IMG/VR virus record: IMGVR_UViG_3300014039_000012 | Span: 96,001-160,000 of that record | From: a virus | Lineage: Duplodnaviria > Caudoviricetes | DNA: 64,000 bases | Reading direction: 5' to 3' (one strand) | Shown here: piece after piece, positions 1-9,570 of the stretch | How the letters are laid out: every line of letters begins with the position of its first letter | Numbering within the stretch: position 1 is the stretch's first letter | The notes under the pieces: generated by a model | Told to the model about the DNA's origin: nothing | What the model saw: the letters and a program-made list of their open reading frames with translations, nothing else | The model's database searches: none | Made by a program: the position numbers and the translations under genes

Positions 1-2
1 AT

Positions 3-995
3 CCCATAGATGCTTCAGAAAAAACTGGTATTAATGCGGTTTCGATTAGAGGGTGTTGTTCTAACAAATATGGAACTGCTGGTGGCTATAGATGGTTATA
101 TTTAAATGAATGGAATGGAGAAAATCTTCCTAAGATTAAATACGACTATAAAAATAAGAAAATCTTAAACCGAGCTAAACCAAGAGTCAAGTCGGTAAAC
201 AGATATGACAAACGCGGAGAATATATCTGCACATATGACAGCATTCAAGAAGCCGCATTTGATGTTGAGTGTTCGAGCACAAATATAAGTTTATGTTGTA
301 AACAGAAACATAAAACAGTGAAAGGGTCGTATTGGAGATATTCTGAAGAAGTCCCTTCAAATCAAAATATTGAAATTGTAAAAATAAAATCAAATAAAGG
401 AAGACCGGTTGTTCAATTTTCTTTCAAGGGAGATTTTATTGAGGTTTATCCAAGCGCTAAAACTGCTGAAGAAATAACTGGGATTCCAGCGGCAGGTATT
501 TCTAATTGCTGCATTAAAAAGCAAATTTCTTCTGGAGGATATTTGTGGGCAATAGAATCTGAATATAAAAGCGGATATGTTCCAACATATCATATAGACC
601 ATATTATATCGGTTGTCCAACTTGATTTGAATGGAAATTTTTTAAAAAAATATAATTCCATAAAAGAAGCCTCCGAAATTACTGGAGTCAATTCGTCAAA
701 TATTACTGTATGTTGTCAAAAATCGGGTACTTCCGCTGGTGGTTATCAATGGGTATATCTAAAAAATTATGACTTAAACAAAGAATACCCAACAATCAAA
801 CCGCACGAAAAAAGAGTTGTTAAGTTGACAAGAGATATGAAATATATTGATTGTTTTAACAGTTTGACAGAAGCAGCGAGTTCCATCGGGAAAGACACTT
901 CTGCCATTGTGAGAAATTGCAAAGAGCAATGGAGAACAGCATATGGGTTTAAATGGATGTATGAAGAAGATTATTTAAAGTTAAATAAACAATAA
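3..995 (+). CDS. NUMOD1-repeat protein (C-terminal part of a probable free-standing homing endonuclease), 5' end outside window
   Basis: Frame of ORF 318..995 is open back to position 3. About five tandem NUMOD1/IENR1-like units of the form V.Q....G.....Y.SI.EA...TG.....I..CC.....SAGGY.W.Y. Confidence 0.75.
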   Translation, partial: PIDASEKTGINAVSIRGCCSNKYGTAGGYRWLYLNEWNGENLPKIKYDYKNKKILNRAKPRVKSVNRYDKRGEYICTYDSIQEAAFDVECSSTNISLCCKQKHKTVKGSYWRYSEEVPSNQNIEIVKIKSNKGRPVVQFSFKGDFIEVYPSAKTAEEITGIPAAGISNCCIKKQISSGGYLWAIESEYKSGYVPTYHIDHIISVVQLDLNGNFLKKYNSIKEASEITGVNSSNITVCCQKSGTSAGGYQWVYLKNYDLNKEYPTIKPHEKRVVKLTRDMKYIDCFNSLTEAASSIGKDTSAIVRNCKEQWRTAYGFKWMYEEDYLKLNKQ

Positions 996-1014
996 TAAAA
1001 GGAGATAAATAATT

Positions 1015-2211
1015 ATGGCATTTGTAAAACCGACGGTAACGAAAATTACGGCAGATATTTCTAATCTTTCAATTTATCTGCGTTCTACGAAGAAGTTTGG
1101 AAAGACCACTCTTTTCAGAGATGTTATTCTTGAAAAGTACGGAGACCCTTCTTATGGACTCCTTGTTGGTTGTGGTGCGGAGTGTGGTTATAAGATGCTT
1201 GACGGTCTTAATGTTACACAGGTGGAATCATGGGACGATGTCGTCGAACTTAAGAACTGGCTGATTTCAGAAAGGGATAAAGAACATCATATCAAGATTG
1301 TCGCCTTCGATACTGGTGACGAACTTGCTCTTCTTGCTGATGCGAAGACAATTAAGCTTTCTAACCGCGAAAACCCACAGAAACAAGTGCGTTCGATCAA
1401 GGCGGCTTTTGGGGGATACACTGCGGGAGAGAAGTATTCCGCCAACAACCTGATCAAGCCGATGATTTCCGAGCTGAGCAAAGCGGGTTTTGGAGTTTGG
1501 GTTATTGCACATACAAAGCTGAAGACGATTAAGGATAAGGGTGCTCTCGACGAAGACGGATATATGCAGTTGACTTCCAATCTTGCCGCAGATTATGAAG
1601 CGGCGTTCGGAGATTGTCTTGACGTATGCCTTACGGGCATCGTAGACAGAGACACCGAGGAGCGTGGTTCTGGCGATAAGAAGAAAAAGTATGTGACGGA
1701 GATGGTTCGCAAACTTTATTTCCGTGGAACCGACACAATTGATGCGGGTGGTCGTTTTGCGGATGGTACAGTCCCCGAATACTTGGTATTCGATAAGCCG
1801 AATATGGCAAAAGATTTCATCAATGTTGTCGAAGATGGCATCGAGAAAAGCAAAACGAATTTCTCTTCCACAAACTCGACAACGACAAAGAAAGCGCCTC
1901 CCGTGTATCGCGTAGAAACTCCGAAGCCCGTCTCTTCTGATGAAGACCTCGACGCGAATCCCAACTCCGCCGATATTGACGATCTCGACCCCGACACTTC
2001 CAACGTCGATCTCGATATGGATGGCACAGACACTGCTCCGACCATTGAAGAGCTCCGTGTAGAAATTCAGGGAAAGCTTCGCACGGCAAGCGCAGAGATG
2101 AAGAAGAGAGCAAGGGAGATTCTGATTACCGAAGCGGCAGACCCGGAGAAGATCAAACTGGTTGACGCGACGGCCGAAACGCTGAATAAGATTCTTACGA
2201 TTCTTGATTAA
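1015..2211 (+). CDS. AAA-family ATPase (SPbeta YorG/Sak4-like recombination ATPase)
   Basis: Walker A-like STKKFGKTT, Walker B VAFDT, IAH motif, acidic low-complexity tail. First gene of the helicase-primase-DnaE block. Confidence 0.7.
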   Translation: MAFVKPTVTKITADISNLSIYLRSTKKFGKTTLFRDVILEKYGDPSYGLLVGCGAECGYKMLDGLNVTQVESWDDVVELKNWLISERDKEHHIKIVAFDTGDELALLADAKTIKLSNRENPQKQVRSIKAAFGGYTAGEKYSANNLIKPMISELSKAGFGVWVIAHTKLKTIKDKGALDEDGYMQLTSNLAADYEAAFGDCLDVCLTGIVDRDTEERGSGDKKKKYVTEMVRKLYFRGTDTIDAGGRFADGTVPEYLVFDKPNMAKDFINVVEDGIEKSKTNFSSTNSTTTKKAPPVYRVETPKPVSSDEDLDANPNSADIDDLDPDTSNVDLDMDGTDTAPTIEELRVEIQGKLRTASAEMKKRAREILITEAADPEKIKLVDATAETLNKILTILD

Positions 2212-2253
2212 ATTTCGTGAATAAAGGCGCATTTCAAAAATCTAAAAACTTTT

Positions 2254-2292
2254 CAAAACCCTCTTGACAACAGGAGGGTTTTGTGGTATAAT
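2254..2292 (+). promoter_or_regulatory. sigmaA promoter with -35 inside a hairpin
   Basis: TTGACA 2264-2269, 17 bp, TG-N-TATAAT 2287-2292. Stem CAAAACCCTCTTG/CAGGAGGGTTTTG. Confidence 0.9.
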
Positions 2293-2322
2293 AATATCAG
2301 GAATCGAAAGGAGAATTGATTT

Positions 2323-2895
2323 ATGTTAAATGTTGGTTACTTGACCTCTGATACAACCGCTTCCGGAGACGAGATGTATACCCCGTTTTATGCTGTTACG
2401 CCTCTTATTAAATATCTGAAATATAGCGGTTATAAAACTATTTGGCGCCCGTTCGATGAAGAATGGAGCGCTTATGTCCAGAAATTTAGAGAAGAAGGGT
2501 TCAGTGTGATTCGGAGCTCGCTATCCGATGGAAAAGATTTCTTCGAATATGAGCCAGACGAACCTTATGATGTCATCATTAGTAACGTTCCATTTTCGAA
2601 AAAAGACGAAATTCTTCGTCGTCTTGATGAACTTGGTAAACCATTTGCCATTCTCTTTCCATTGAACAGCTTGCAGGGCAAGTCTCGGTTTGAAATTTTC
2701 AAGAAGGGAATTCAGGTTTTGGTTTTTGATCAACGCATTGGATTTCACACCCCGAAAAGTATGGTGGCTCCTATTGAGGGCAGCCCATTTGCATCCGCAT
2801 ATTTCTGTCGGAATTTTTTATTGGGGAGAGACTTGATTATGGAGAAACTGGATAAATATGACAGACCGTTGATAGAGGAGGAAACAAGCGAATGA
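2323..2895 (+). CDS. Phage DNA N6-adenine methyltransferase-like protein
   Basis: DEMYTP, W-R-PFD, DFF, catalytic-like SNVPFS (NPPF variant), FDQRI. Confidence 0.7.
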   Translation: MLNVGYLTSDTTASGDEMYTPFYAVTPLIKYLKYSGYKTIWRPFDEEWSAYVQKFREEGFSVIRSSLSDGKDFFEYEPDEPYDVIISNVPFSKKDEILRRLDELGKPFAILFPLNSLQGKSRFEIFKKGIQVLVFDQRIGFHTPKSMVAPIEGSPFASAYFCRNFLLGRDLIMEKLDKYDRPLIEEETSE

Positions 2896-3422
2896 TGGTT
2901 GAATGTTTTTGCGGTTGCCGGAACAAAATTGAACAGTCTTGCGCATATAAGATTGTTCTTGGTGAATCTCGCAAAGTTTACTTTTTAAACGAACAGCATT
3001 ATCACCGTTGGCAAGACAAAAATTCGGCAAAGTCTAACAAAATTGACGAAAAGGAGTTTGCTCCGATTTATGACATTGTTGTTGAGATTTGTGGCGGAAA
3101 ATTTGATGGAAGAACAGTTGTTTGGAAAGAATATCTGACTTGGAAAGAAGTCGTTGACGGAAACGGCAACAAAGTCAGATGGTATTTAACAGAGAATAAA
3201 CGTTCACTGTCGGAAGCATTGAAGAAAAAGCATTTTGAGAACGACTTCAGAATGATTAGGTATTTGAGCGCAATTGTTAGAAATAACGTGGCGCAGTATC
3301 GGTCGAACGAATATATGAGTTTGCCGTTAAGCGAGTCTGAGTCGCAAGTAAAGGAGAATACGGCAGTAATTCCGAACAGTAAACGTAGAAAATCATTGGC
3401 AGAATTGGAGGATGAAGCTTAA
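2892..3422 (+). CDS. Replication accessory protein (YorH-like, possible helicase loader)
   Basis: N-terminal Cys cluster; coupled directly upstream of the helicase as in SPbeta-like gene order. Confidence 0.4.
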   Translation: MMVECFCGCRNKIEQSCAYKIVLGESRKVYFLNEQHYHRWQDKNSAKSNKIDEKEFAPIYDIVVEICGGKFDGRTVVWKEYLTWKEVVDGNGNKVRWYLTENKRSLSEALKKKHFENDFRMIRYLSAIVRNNVAQYRSNEYMSLPLSESESQVKENTAVIPNSKRRKSLAELEDEA

Positions 3423-5029
3423 TGTGTCAGATTGAACAGTTTGTAACAGGTGTTATTGATCAGTACCCGCAGGAGCTTTTAGAGAATCGATTAACAGTTG
3501 AAGGGAATTTACTTGCGGCTTTATTTTCAGACGTTACGCTGTATGATGATGTGTGCGCCACAATTACGGTCGAGTCTTTTCTTTCTCGTCACGGTAAACT
3601 TCTTTTTGGAATTGTCAAATATCTTCGTGAAAAGCACTTCAACGTAATCGACGAAGTAACAGTTCTCTCTAATTGTAACGAAGAAGTGCTTGACCGTCTG
3701 CAGAGTATTGGCGGGTGGAAGACAATTCAGAAACTTGCTTCAACCGTTGACTTGAAAAACTGGGATGCTATTCTTGATGAGTTCAACAAAAGCAACATTA
3801 TTCTGAAACTTTATAAAAATGGATTCAATCTTCTCGAAGAAGTGACGCTTGACAATGGAAAGAAAATCAAACCGCTGAAACTGTTTGAGAGATTTAGCGC
3901 AAACAATGTTACCGAATGGTACGAGGAGAGAATTGCCAATATTTCGATTAACAATAGTGCTTCCTCGATGAAAATTATTGACGAGGGCGAAGCACTATTC
4001 GGCGGAGACTTTCTTAAAAATCTGAAAGAAGATGGGGACGATGGTGTTTCTCTTGCAAAAGCCGGATTGAATTTCGAAGGCAAAGAGATCAAAATGTTTC
4101 CCTTCCTGACCCGTCAAATTTCTGGTCTTCACAGAGGAACAACTAATGCCCTTGCCTCGCACTCTGGTTGCGGTAAAACAAACCTGATAATGAACATCGT
4201 TTTTACTCTTCTTGCGCAGGGGTTGAAAGGCGTATTTATTAGTAACGAGATGTCTTCCAAAGAGCTGAAGATTATTATTATGATGATCGTTCTGACACAA
4301 TATAGAAATTATTGGAAGATTACAAAAAAGAAATTGAGAAATGCCGATTTAACAGATGAAGATAAAGAAGAAGTTCAGTTGGCATTAAAATGGTGGGACG
4401 AAGGTATCGGCAAAAATCTGAAAATCGTTACAATGAGCGATGCCGATTCCGCTCTGACGCACGATATTATTAAAAAAGAAGCACTTCGTAATGGAATCGA
4501 TTTCTTCGTGGTCGATACATTTAAAATGACGCTCGAAGATGGAAACAATTCTGGATTCTGGATTGATCTTATTAAAGATTCTCGTGATATGGACTCTCTT
4601 GCAAAGAAATATAATCTAATTGGACTTTATACAATTCAGTTGGTGGCAAACAGCATTGGGAATTTGTTTTTGGACGCATCTGCACTTTCTGGCAGCAAGG
4701 CCATTAAGGAAACATGTTCTACTATGATCTTCATGCGTAAAGCCCTTATGAGTTTGGAACTAGAGGCTGGTGGCCCATATGATTTTAAGCCATTTCGTTC
4801 CATTCAGCAACCGGACGGTTCATACAAAGACGAGCCTTATGAGCTAAAAGACGAAGAAAAAAAATGCGTTTATCGAGTTTTAACCATTGATAAAAATAGG
4901 TATGGAGCAGATAGTGGGGATAATGGCGTCGCATATCTTTATAAGTACACCGGAGATTTTTGTAAATGGGGCGAGACTTGTAAAGTAAAACCCGTAAGAA
5001 AACGTGTGGGGCAAGACGTGAAGCAATGA
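3422..5029 (+). CDS. dnaB: Replicative DnaB-like helicase
   Basis: Walker A SHSGCGKT, FISNEM, Walker B FVVDT, IQL, DKNRYG arginine-finger region. Confidence 0.85.
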   Translation: MCQIEQFVTGVIDQYPQELLENRLTVEGNLLAALFSDVTLYDDVCATITVESFLSRHGKLLFGIVKYLREKHFNVIDEVTVLSNCNEEVLDRLQSIGGWKTIQKLASTVDLKNWDAILDEFNKSNIILKLYKNGFNLLEEVTLDNGKKIKPLKLFERFSANNVTEWYEERIANISINNSASSMKIIDEGEALFGGDFLKNLKEDGDDGVSLAKAGLNFEGKEIKMFPFLTRQISGLHRGTTNALASHSGCGKTNLIMNIVFTLLAQGLKGVFISNEMSSKELKIIIMMIVLTQYRNYWKITKKKLRNADLTDEDKEEVQLALKWWDEGIGKNLKIVTMSDADSALTHDIIKKEALRNGIDFFVVDTFKMTLEDGNNSGFWIDLIKDSRDMDSLAKKYNLIGLYTIQLVANSIGNLFLDASALSGSKAIKETCSTMIFMRKALMSLELEAGGPYDFKPFRSIQQPDGSYKDEPYELKDEEKKCVYRVLTIDKNRYGADSGDNGVAYLYKYTGDFCKWGETCKVKPVRKRVGQDVKQ

Positions 5030-6852
5030 ATGTTAAATGGACAGATGAGACGGTTAAAGATTGGATAGATAATAATGTTGCAAAAGACCTATTTGTTGGA
5101 ATTGAAAGAGCCACTTTTGATAACGGAACAAGAAAACAAATAAGAACAAGAGTTTTTGCGAAATGTATAAAATGCGGGATTGTTTTTAAAAAAGATTGGG
5201 ATGAATATAGAAGAAAGAAAATATTTTTATGCAAGAATTGTTCTCTTGAACTTTTGCATCTTCCGAAGACACTAACCGATAATTATATTTCTAATTTTGT
5301 TAAAGAAAATTCTTCTGCTGAATTAATCAAAATTGAAAGATACAAATTAAAGCCGCCGTTATTAATTTTAAAATGTTCATCTTGTGGTGAAATATATAAA
5401 CAAAATTTTACAGATTTTAGTAGAGAAGACGGTTGCAGAGTGTGCCAAAAATGTACGGATAAAATTAGAAGAACAACCCGTTCACGAAATGCAGCGAAGC
5501 AAAATAATCTTTTAGATAATTGTCCCGAAATTATAGATATTTGGAGTAGTAAAAATAGTTGTGGTCCAGAAAATTATTCCTTAAAATCAAATAAAAGAGC
5601 ATTTTTTAAATGTAACAAATGTGGGAATGAGTGGTCTGCAATAATTAACGCGGTTGCGACTTCGTTAAAAGCGGGGAATAGTGGATGTGGAAAATGTTTA
5701 AGAAAGAAAGCATATACAAAGCAGGAATTTCTCGAAGATCTTAATAAGTTAAATCCAACAATAGAACTTTTGGGACAGTATACCAATCTTACAACCCACA
5801 CAAATTTTAGATGTAAAGTCTGCGGCAATATTTGGAAAGCCCCTCCTAACAGACTTGTACCACAAACTTCTAAAACAAAACCCACTGGTTGTCCAGTATG
5901 TTCTCGTAAAGCAATTGGCCCTCCTCCTGAATATTTAAACAGTATTTGGTCAAATGATCGTTATCGAGAAGAGTGGGCGCTATATTTTGATGAAGAATTT
6001 ATGAAAACCCACACAGTTCAATGCGATCGGTATGTAGAAATCAGATGTCCTGATTGTGGCAAAATAAAAAGAACTAAAATTTCTAATTTGGCACATCGGG
6101 GTTTTCGCTGTAGTTGTAATCGTAAAACAAGTTATCCTAATAAGTTTCTTTATTCGGTTTTGGATCAACTCGGCATCGAATATGAGTCAGAATATAATCG
6201 CGAATGGAGCAAGATGATGAGATATGATATCGCAATTCCGTCCCTATCTCTTATCATTGAGAACCACGGAATTCAACATTATAAAGACGGAATATTTTCT
6301 ACCAGAACTCTTGAAGAAAATCAAGAGACAGATAGAATTAAAAAGAAACTCGCTATTTCCAACGGATTTATTAATTATGTCGTATTAGACTGTCAAAAGG
6401 CAGAAGCGGGTTGGATTAAGAAATCTATTATGGAAAGCGAACTGTCAAAATTATTAAAATTCTATGAATCAGATATCGATTGGGACAAAGCGGACGCATT
6501 TGCCTGCAGCAATACTATTCGAGAAATATGTGAAAACTGGGAAACAGACTTTGATATAGAAAGAGTCTCCAAATTTTTTCATATATCAAAAGGCACAGCC
6601 CAAGATTATCTTCTTATTGGTCATAAATACGCTTGGTGTTCATACGACCCACAATGGCATTTCCGGCCAGTATTTTCACCAGAACTAAATCGGCGATTTG
6701 GAGCAATGTATGCCGCATCAACTAAATACGGTGTTAAGTGTTCCGACATTCTATGTTGCTGCGAAGGCAAAAAAGAGTCTGCGGGAATTGACCCACAAAC
6801 AGGACTGCTACTAACTTGGAGATATGCAGATGATTATACAAGTACAAGATAA
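5026..6852 (+). CDS. Multi zinc-ribbon protein with Vsr/PD-(D/E)XK-like nuclease domain (putative homing endonuclease)
   Basis: About nine CxxC pairs followed by SYPNK...RYDIAIPSLSLIIENHGIQHY; C-terminal NUMOD1-like segment. Confidence 0.65.
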   Translation: MNVKWTDETVKDWIDNNVAKDLFVGIERATFDNGTRKQIRTRVFAKCIKCGIVFKKDWDEYRRKKIFLCKNCSLELLHLPKTLTDNYISNFVKENSSAELIKIERYKLKPPLLILKCSSCGEIYKQNFTDFSREDGCRVCQKCTDKIRRTTRSRNAAKQNNLLDNCPEIIDIWSSKNSCGPENYSLKSNKRAFFKCNKCGNEWSAIINAVATSLKAGNSGCGKCLRKKAYTKQEFLEDLNKLNPTIELLGQYTNLTTHTNFRCKVCGNIWKAPPNRLVPQTSKTKPTGCPVCSRKAIGPPPEYLNSIWSNDRYREEWALYFDEEFMKTHTVQCDRYVEIRCPDCGKIKRTKISNLAHRGFRCSCNRKTSYPNKFLYSVLDQLGIEYESEYNREWSKMMRYDIAIPSLSLIIENHGIQHYKDGIFSTRTLEENQETDRIKKKLAISNGFINYVVLDCQKAEAGWIKKSIMESELSKLLKFYESDIDWDKADAFACSNTIREICENWETDFDIERVSKFFHISKGTAQDYLLIGHKYAWCSYDPQWHFRPVFSPELNRRFGAMYAASTKYGVKCSDILCCCEGKKESAGIDPQTGLLLTWRYADDYTSTR

Positions 6853-6887
6853 GTGAACAAAAACATTGTTTTATTTGGAGGATTACG

Positions 6888-7190
6888 ATGACAAGATTAA
6901 CAAAACAACAGTTTAAAGAACTGATGAAAGAATTTCCCAATGGTGGAATTCCATTTCTTGATAGCGATTATTCAAACGTAAACGGTGTTCTCGTTACAGA
7001 CGGCGATTTCGGAGCGACTTGTCTTGTTCCAACAGCGGACGGCGAGGTTTTTGATTACGATTGGAATATTGAAGAATATGACGATAACGATGAATTTTAC
7101 GTTCTTGATTATGCCGATATTCTTCAAATCATTCAGACTCTAACGAAAGGACTTCGGATTCAACTACATCCGTGGTGGGAGAAAAACTAA
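6888..7190 (+). CDS. Hypothetical protein
   Basis: 100 aa ORF with GGAGG RBS. Confidence 0.6.
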   Translation: MTRLTKQQFKELMKEFPNGGIPFLDSDYSNVNGVLVTDGDFGATCLVPTADGEVFDYDWNIEEYDDNDEFYVLDYADILQIIQTLTKGLRIQLHPWWEKN

Positions 7191-7202
7191 AAAATAATTT
7201 TC

Positions 7203-7240
7203 CAAAACCTCTTGACAAACAAGGGGTTTTGTGCTATAAT
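7203..7240 (+). promoter_or_regulatory. sigmaA promoter with -35 inside a hairpin
   Basis: TTGACA 7212-7217, 17 bp, TATAAT 7235-7240. Stem CAAAACCTCTTG/CAAGGGGTTTTG. Confidence 0.9.
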
Positions 7241-7287
7241 AATAGTAGAAATGAAACACCGATTTTATTTACAAAGGAGAATAAACA

Positions 7288-7773
7288 ATGAAAGAAATCA
7301 AGCTTACAATCGATGGCAAGGAAGTTCAGTTGACTGATAAACAGTTGAGGGTGCTGGGAATTGAAAGAAGAGAAAATCCTTTTGGCAGAACAAGCAATCT
7401 TTGTGGAGAATATTTCTATACAGATGCTTTTGGTTGTGTTGGTGTTGGGAGCGAGGAATATTCTGATGTATGGAGGCAGTTATGGAATGCCGCAAATTAT
7501 TTCAACGATAAGGCATTTGCAAAGCGGGTCGCGCTTCGTCAGCTGCTTGATCGCAAACTTTTGAAGTATGCGTATGATAATGGATATGAAGCAACAGAAA
7601 AGTCGAGCCAGTATTATGTTAACTATTGTCCGAGCACAAAATCCTATACGGTTCAAATCGATTGTGGCTTTCGAGCTTTCTGTACTCATTTCTCTTCATA
7701 TAAAGCTACTGAGCGTGCAATTGAAGAAATAGTTAAACCGTTTGTGAAAGAACATCCTGAATTTGTATGGTGA
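7288..7773 (+). CDS. Hypothetical protein, paralog of 17258..17752
   Basis: Shared NYFNDK.FA..VAL.QLL.RKLLK.AYDNG and RAIEE.V.PF.KEHP.FVW. Confidence 0.75.
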   Translation: MKEIKLTIDGKEVQLTDKQLRVLGIERRENPFGRTSNLCGEYFYTDAFGCVGVGSEEYSDVWRQLWNAANYFNDKAFAKRVALRQLLDRKLLKYAYDNGYEATEKSSQYYVNYCPSTKSYTVQIDCGFRAFCTHFSSYKATERAIEEIVKPFVKEHPEFVW

Positions 7774-7805
7774 TAAAAAGCTACTTTTATTAACGAGGAT
7801 CAATT

Positions 7806-8066
7806 ATGTTAAAAAGATTAAAGAAAAAAATAATCCATAAATTGGGTGGAATGACGGAATACGAATGCCGCCAATATATCGCTTGTTTGGAGTTCAATGA
7901 CATTAAAAGCATTAAAGCCGAAAAAGATGGCGCGGTTGTGTGGGAATGTTCTGAATTCAATGGCAAACTGAAACTTTTATTATGTCACACACCGAAATCA
8001 TCAGGCGATAAAGACAAAACCACAATGAGGATAGATACGGAGTCTGATTCTTATTATGGAAGATGA
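7806..8066 (+). CDS. Hypothetical protein
   Basis: 86 aa ORF with RBS. Confidence 0.5.
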   Translation: MLKRLKKKIIHKLGGMTEYECRQYIACLEFNDIKSIKAEKDGAVVWECSEFNGKLKLLLCHTPKSSGDKDKTTMRIDTESDSYYGR

Positions 8067-8535
8067 AGTAATTTATGCTCGAGACATTGACGACTGTTCG
8101 GTTTGCCCGCTATATGAGAAAGATTGTCCTGGTGGATGGACATCAAGCCCATCTGGTAATCCCATTGAACCGCCTTGTACAAGTTGGAATGGCGATGAAG
8201 AAATTTATGAGGGAATGTATGACCGATATAGTGATTGGAAACTCGAAGACATCAAACAAAAAACCGAAGAGGCGATTCGTCGAGAGCAAGAAGAGCGCGA
8301 AAAGCAGCGGAAAGATCGAAAAGAATATCTCAAAAGACGCATTGCCAAATATTCCAATTATGAGAATGTGAAGATAAAACACATAAGACTTCTCGATAAG
8401 TGGTATTGCCCTCGATGCCATAATTGGTTCTATCCAAACGGGTGTGCGTCTCCTGACCGTGATAGAGACGGAATTGAAACCGCAAGATGCCCAATTTGCG
8501 ACACAAAACTTGCCCATAGTTACGAATTGGATTAA
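8056..8535 (+). CDS. Zn-binding hypothetical protein
   Basis: CxxC motifs at both ends, charged coiled-coil middle. Confidence 0.55.
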   Translation: MEDEVIYARDIDDCSVCPLYEKDCPGGWTSSPSGNPIEPPCTSWNGDEEIYEGMYDRYSDWKLEDIKQKTEEAIRREQEEREKQRKDRKEYLKRRIAKYSNYENVKIKHIRLLDKWYCPRCHNWFYPNGCASPDRDRDGIETARCPICDTKLAHSYELD

Positions 8536-8559
8536 TTAGTCATTCAGAAAGGAACCACG

Positions 8560-9570
8560 ATGCTCACTGACATCAAACAAATGTTAATAGAAAACCCAGA
8601 GCACATCGTGGAATTGCTCGAAAGGTTTGAATTCTGCCATATCCATCTCAAACGAACAGAAATCCGGTTTGCTCGTAATGAAGAGGGTGGTCAAAATATC
8701 TCGATTCGGCTCGAAGATAATCCTTCAATTTATGTTAAAGATTTTGTAACAAATGAGAACGGCGACATTATCGCATATATAATGAAAAACCGCTCGGTAA
8801 AGTTTATCGAAGTTCTTTCAGAAATCAAAAGCATTCTGGGACTCGGAGACGATTGGGAGCCGCCGAAAAGAGACGCGTTGTTCGGCGGGTTTTACGACCG
8901 AATCGGAGAAGATAGACAGGTCGAAATTCAAACATATCCAGAATCGATTATGAACCAATATGTCGACAAAGGGAATCTTCGTTGGGTTCGAGACGGAATT
9001 AACCTCGAGACACAGAAGTTTTTCGATGTGCGATTCGATCCGATTGATGACTTGATTGTTTTCCCGTGGAGATCTCCGATTGGAGGAGAGATTATTGCGG
9101 TTAAGGCAAGAGTCAATCATCCGGTCGAGGACGGACAGCAAAAGTATTTTTATGTTCATAAGGGTATGGTGAGCCAGTCGTTATATAACTTTTCAGAATC
9201 ATATGATGGATTGTTCGGAAATGACATTTTGGTTTTCGAGAGCGAAAAGAGTTGTATGCAAGCACGCGGGTTTGGATATAAGAACACGGTGGCGCTTGGT
9301 TCGAGTAATCTTTCGGAAGAACAGGCGAGATTAATTATGACGTTAGCGCCGAAGTCGGTAAAGTTTTTATTAGACGAAGGACTTGAAAAAGAACATACGA
9401 TGAAAAACGTTGAGACGTTGAGACAATATTGTGTGTTTAGAGATTTGCCAATTTCTTGGTGGGATTGGCAGAAGAGCTCGGTTGTTGATGGGAGTGGAAA
9501 AGATAGTCCGACCGACTTGGGCAAAGAGAAGTTTGAAAAAGTTTTGAGAGAGGAAATGGTGGGAGTATAA
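8560..9570 (+). CDS. DNA primase (TOPRIM, YorJ-like)
   Basis: IVFPW, KY, TOPRIM VFESEKS...VALGSS...LLDEG...KDSPTD; directly upstream of the polymerase. Confidence 0.75.
   Translation: MLTDIKQMLIENPEHIVELLERFEFCHIHLKRTEIRFARNEEGGQNISIRLEDNPSIYVKDFVTNENGDIIAYIMKNRSVKFIEVLSEIKSILGLGDDWEPPKRDALFGGFYDRIGEDRQVEIQTYPESIMNQYVDKGNLRWVRDGINLETQKFFDVRFDPIDDLIVFPWRSPIGGEIIAVKARVNHPVEDGQQKYFYVHKGMVSQSLYNFSESYDGLFGNDILVFESEKSCMQARGFGYKNTVALGSSNLSEEQARLIMTLAPKSVKFLLDEGLEKEHTMKNVETLRQYCVFRDLPISWWDWQKSSVVDGSGKDSPTDLGKEKFEKVLREEMVGV

Noticed and set aside
1267-2232. Long antisense ORFs (also 15661..16299, 28090..28755, 34986..35486)
   Set aside because: Shadows of well-supported genes on the opposite strand, with no RBS or motifs.
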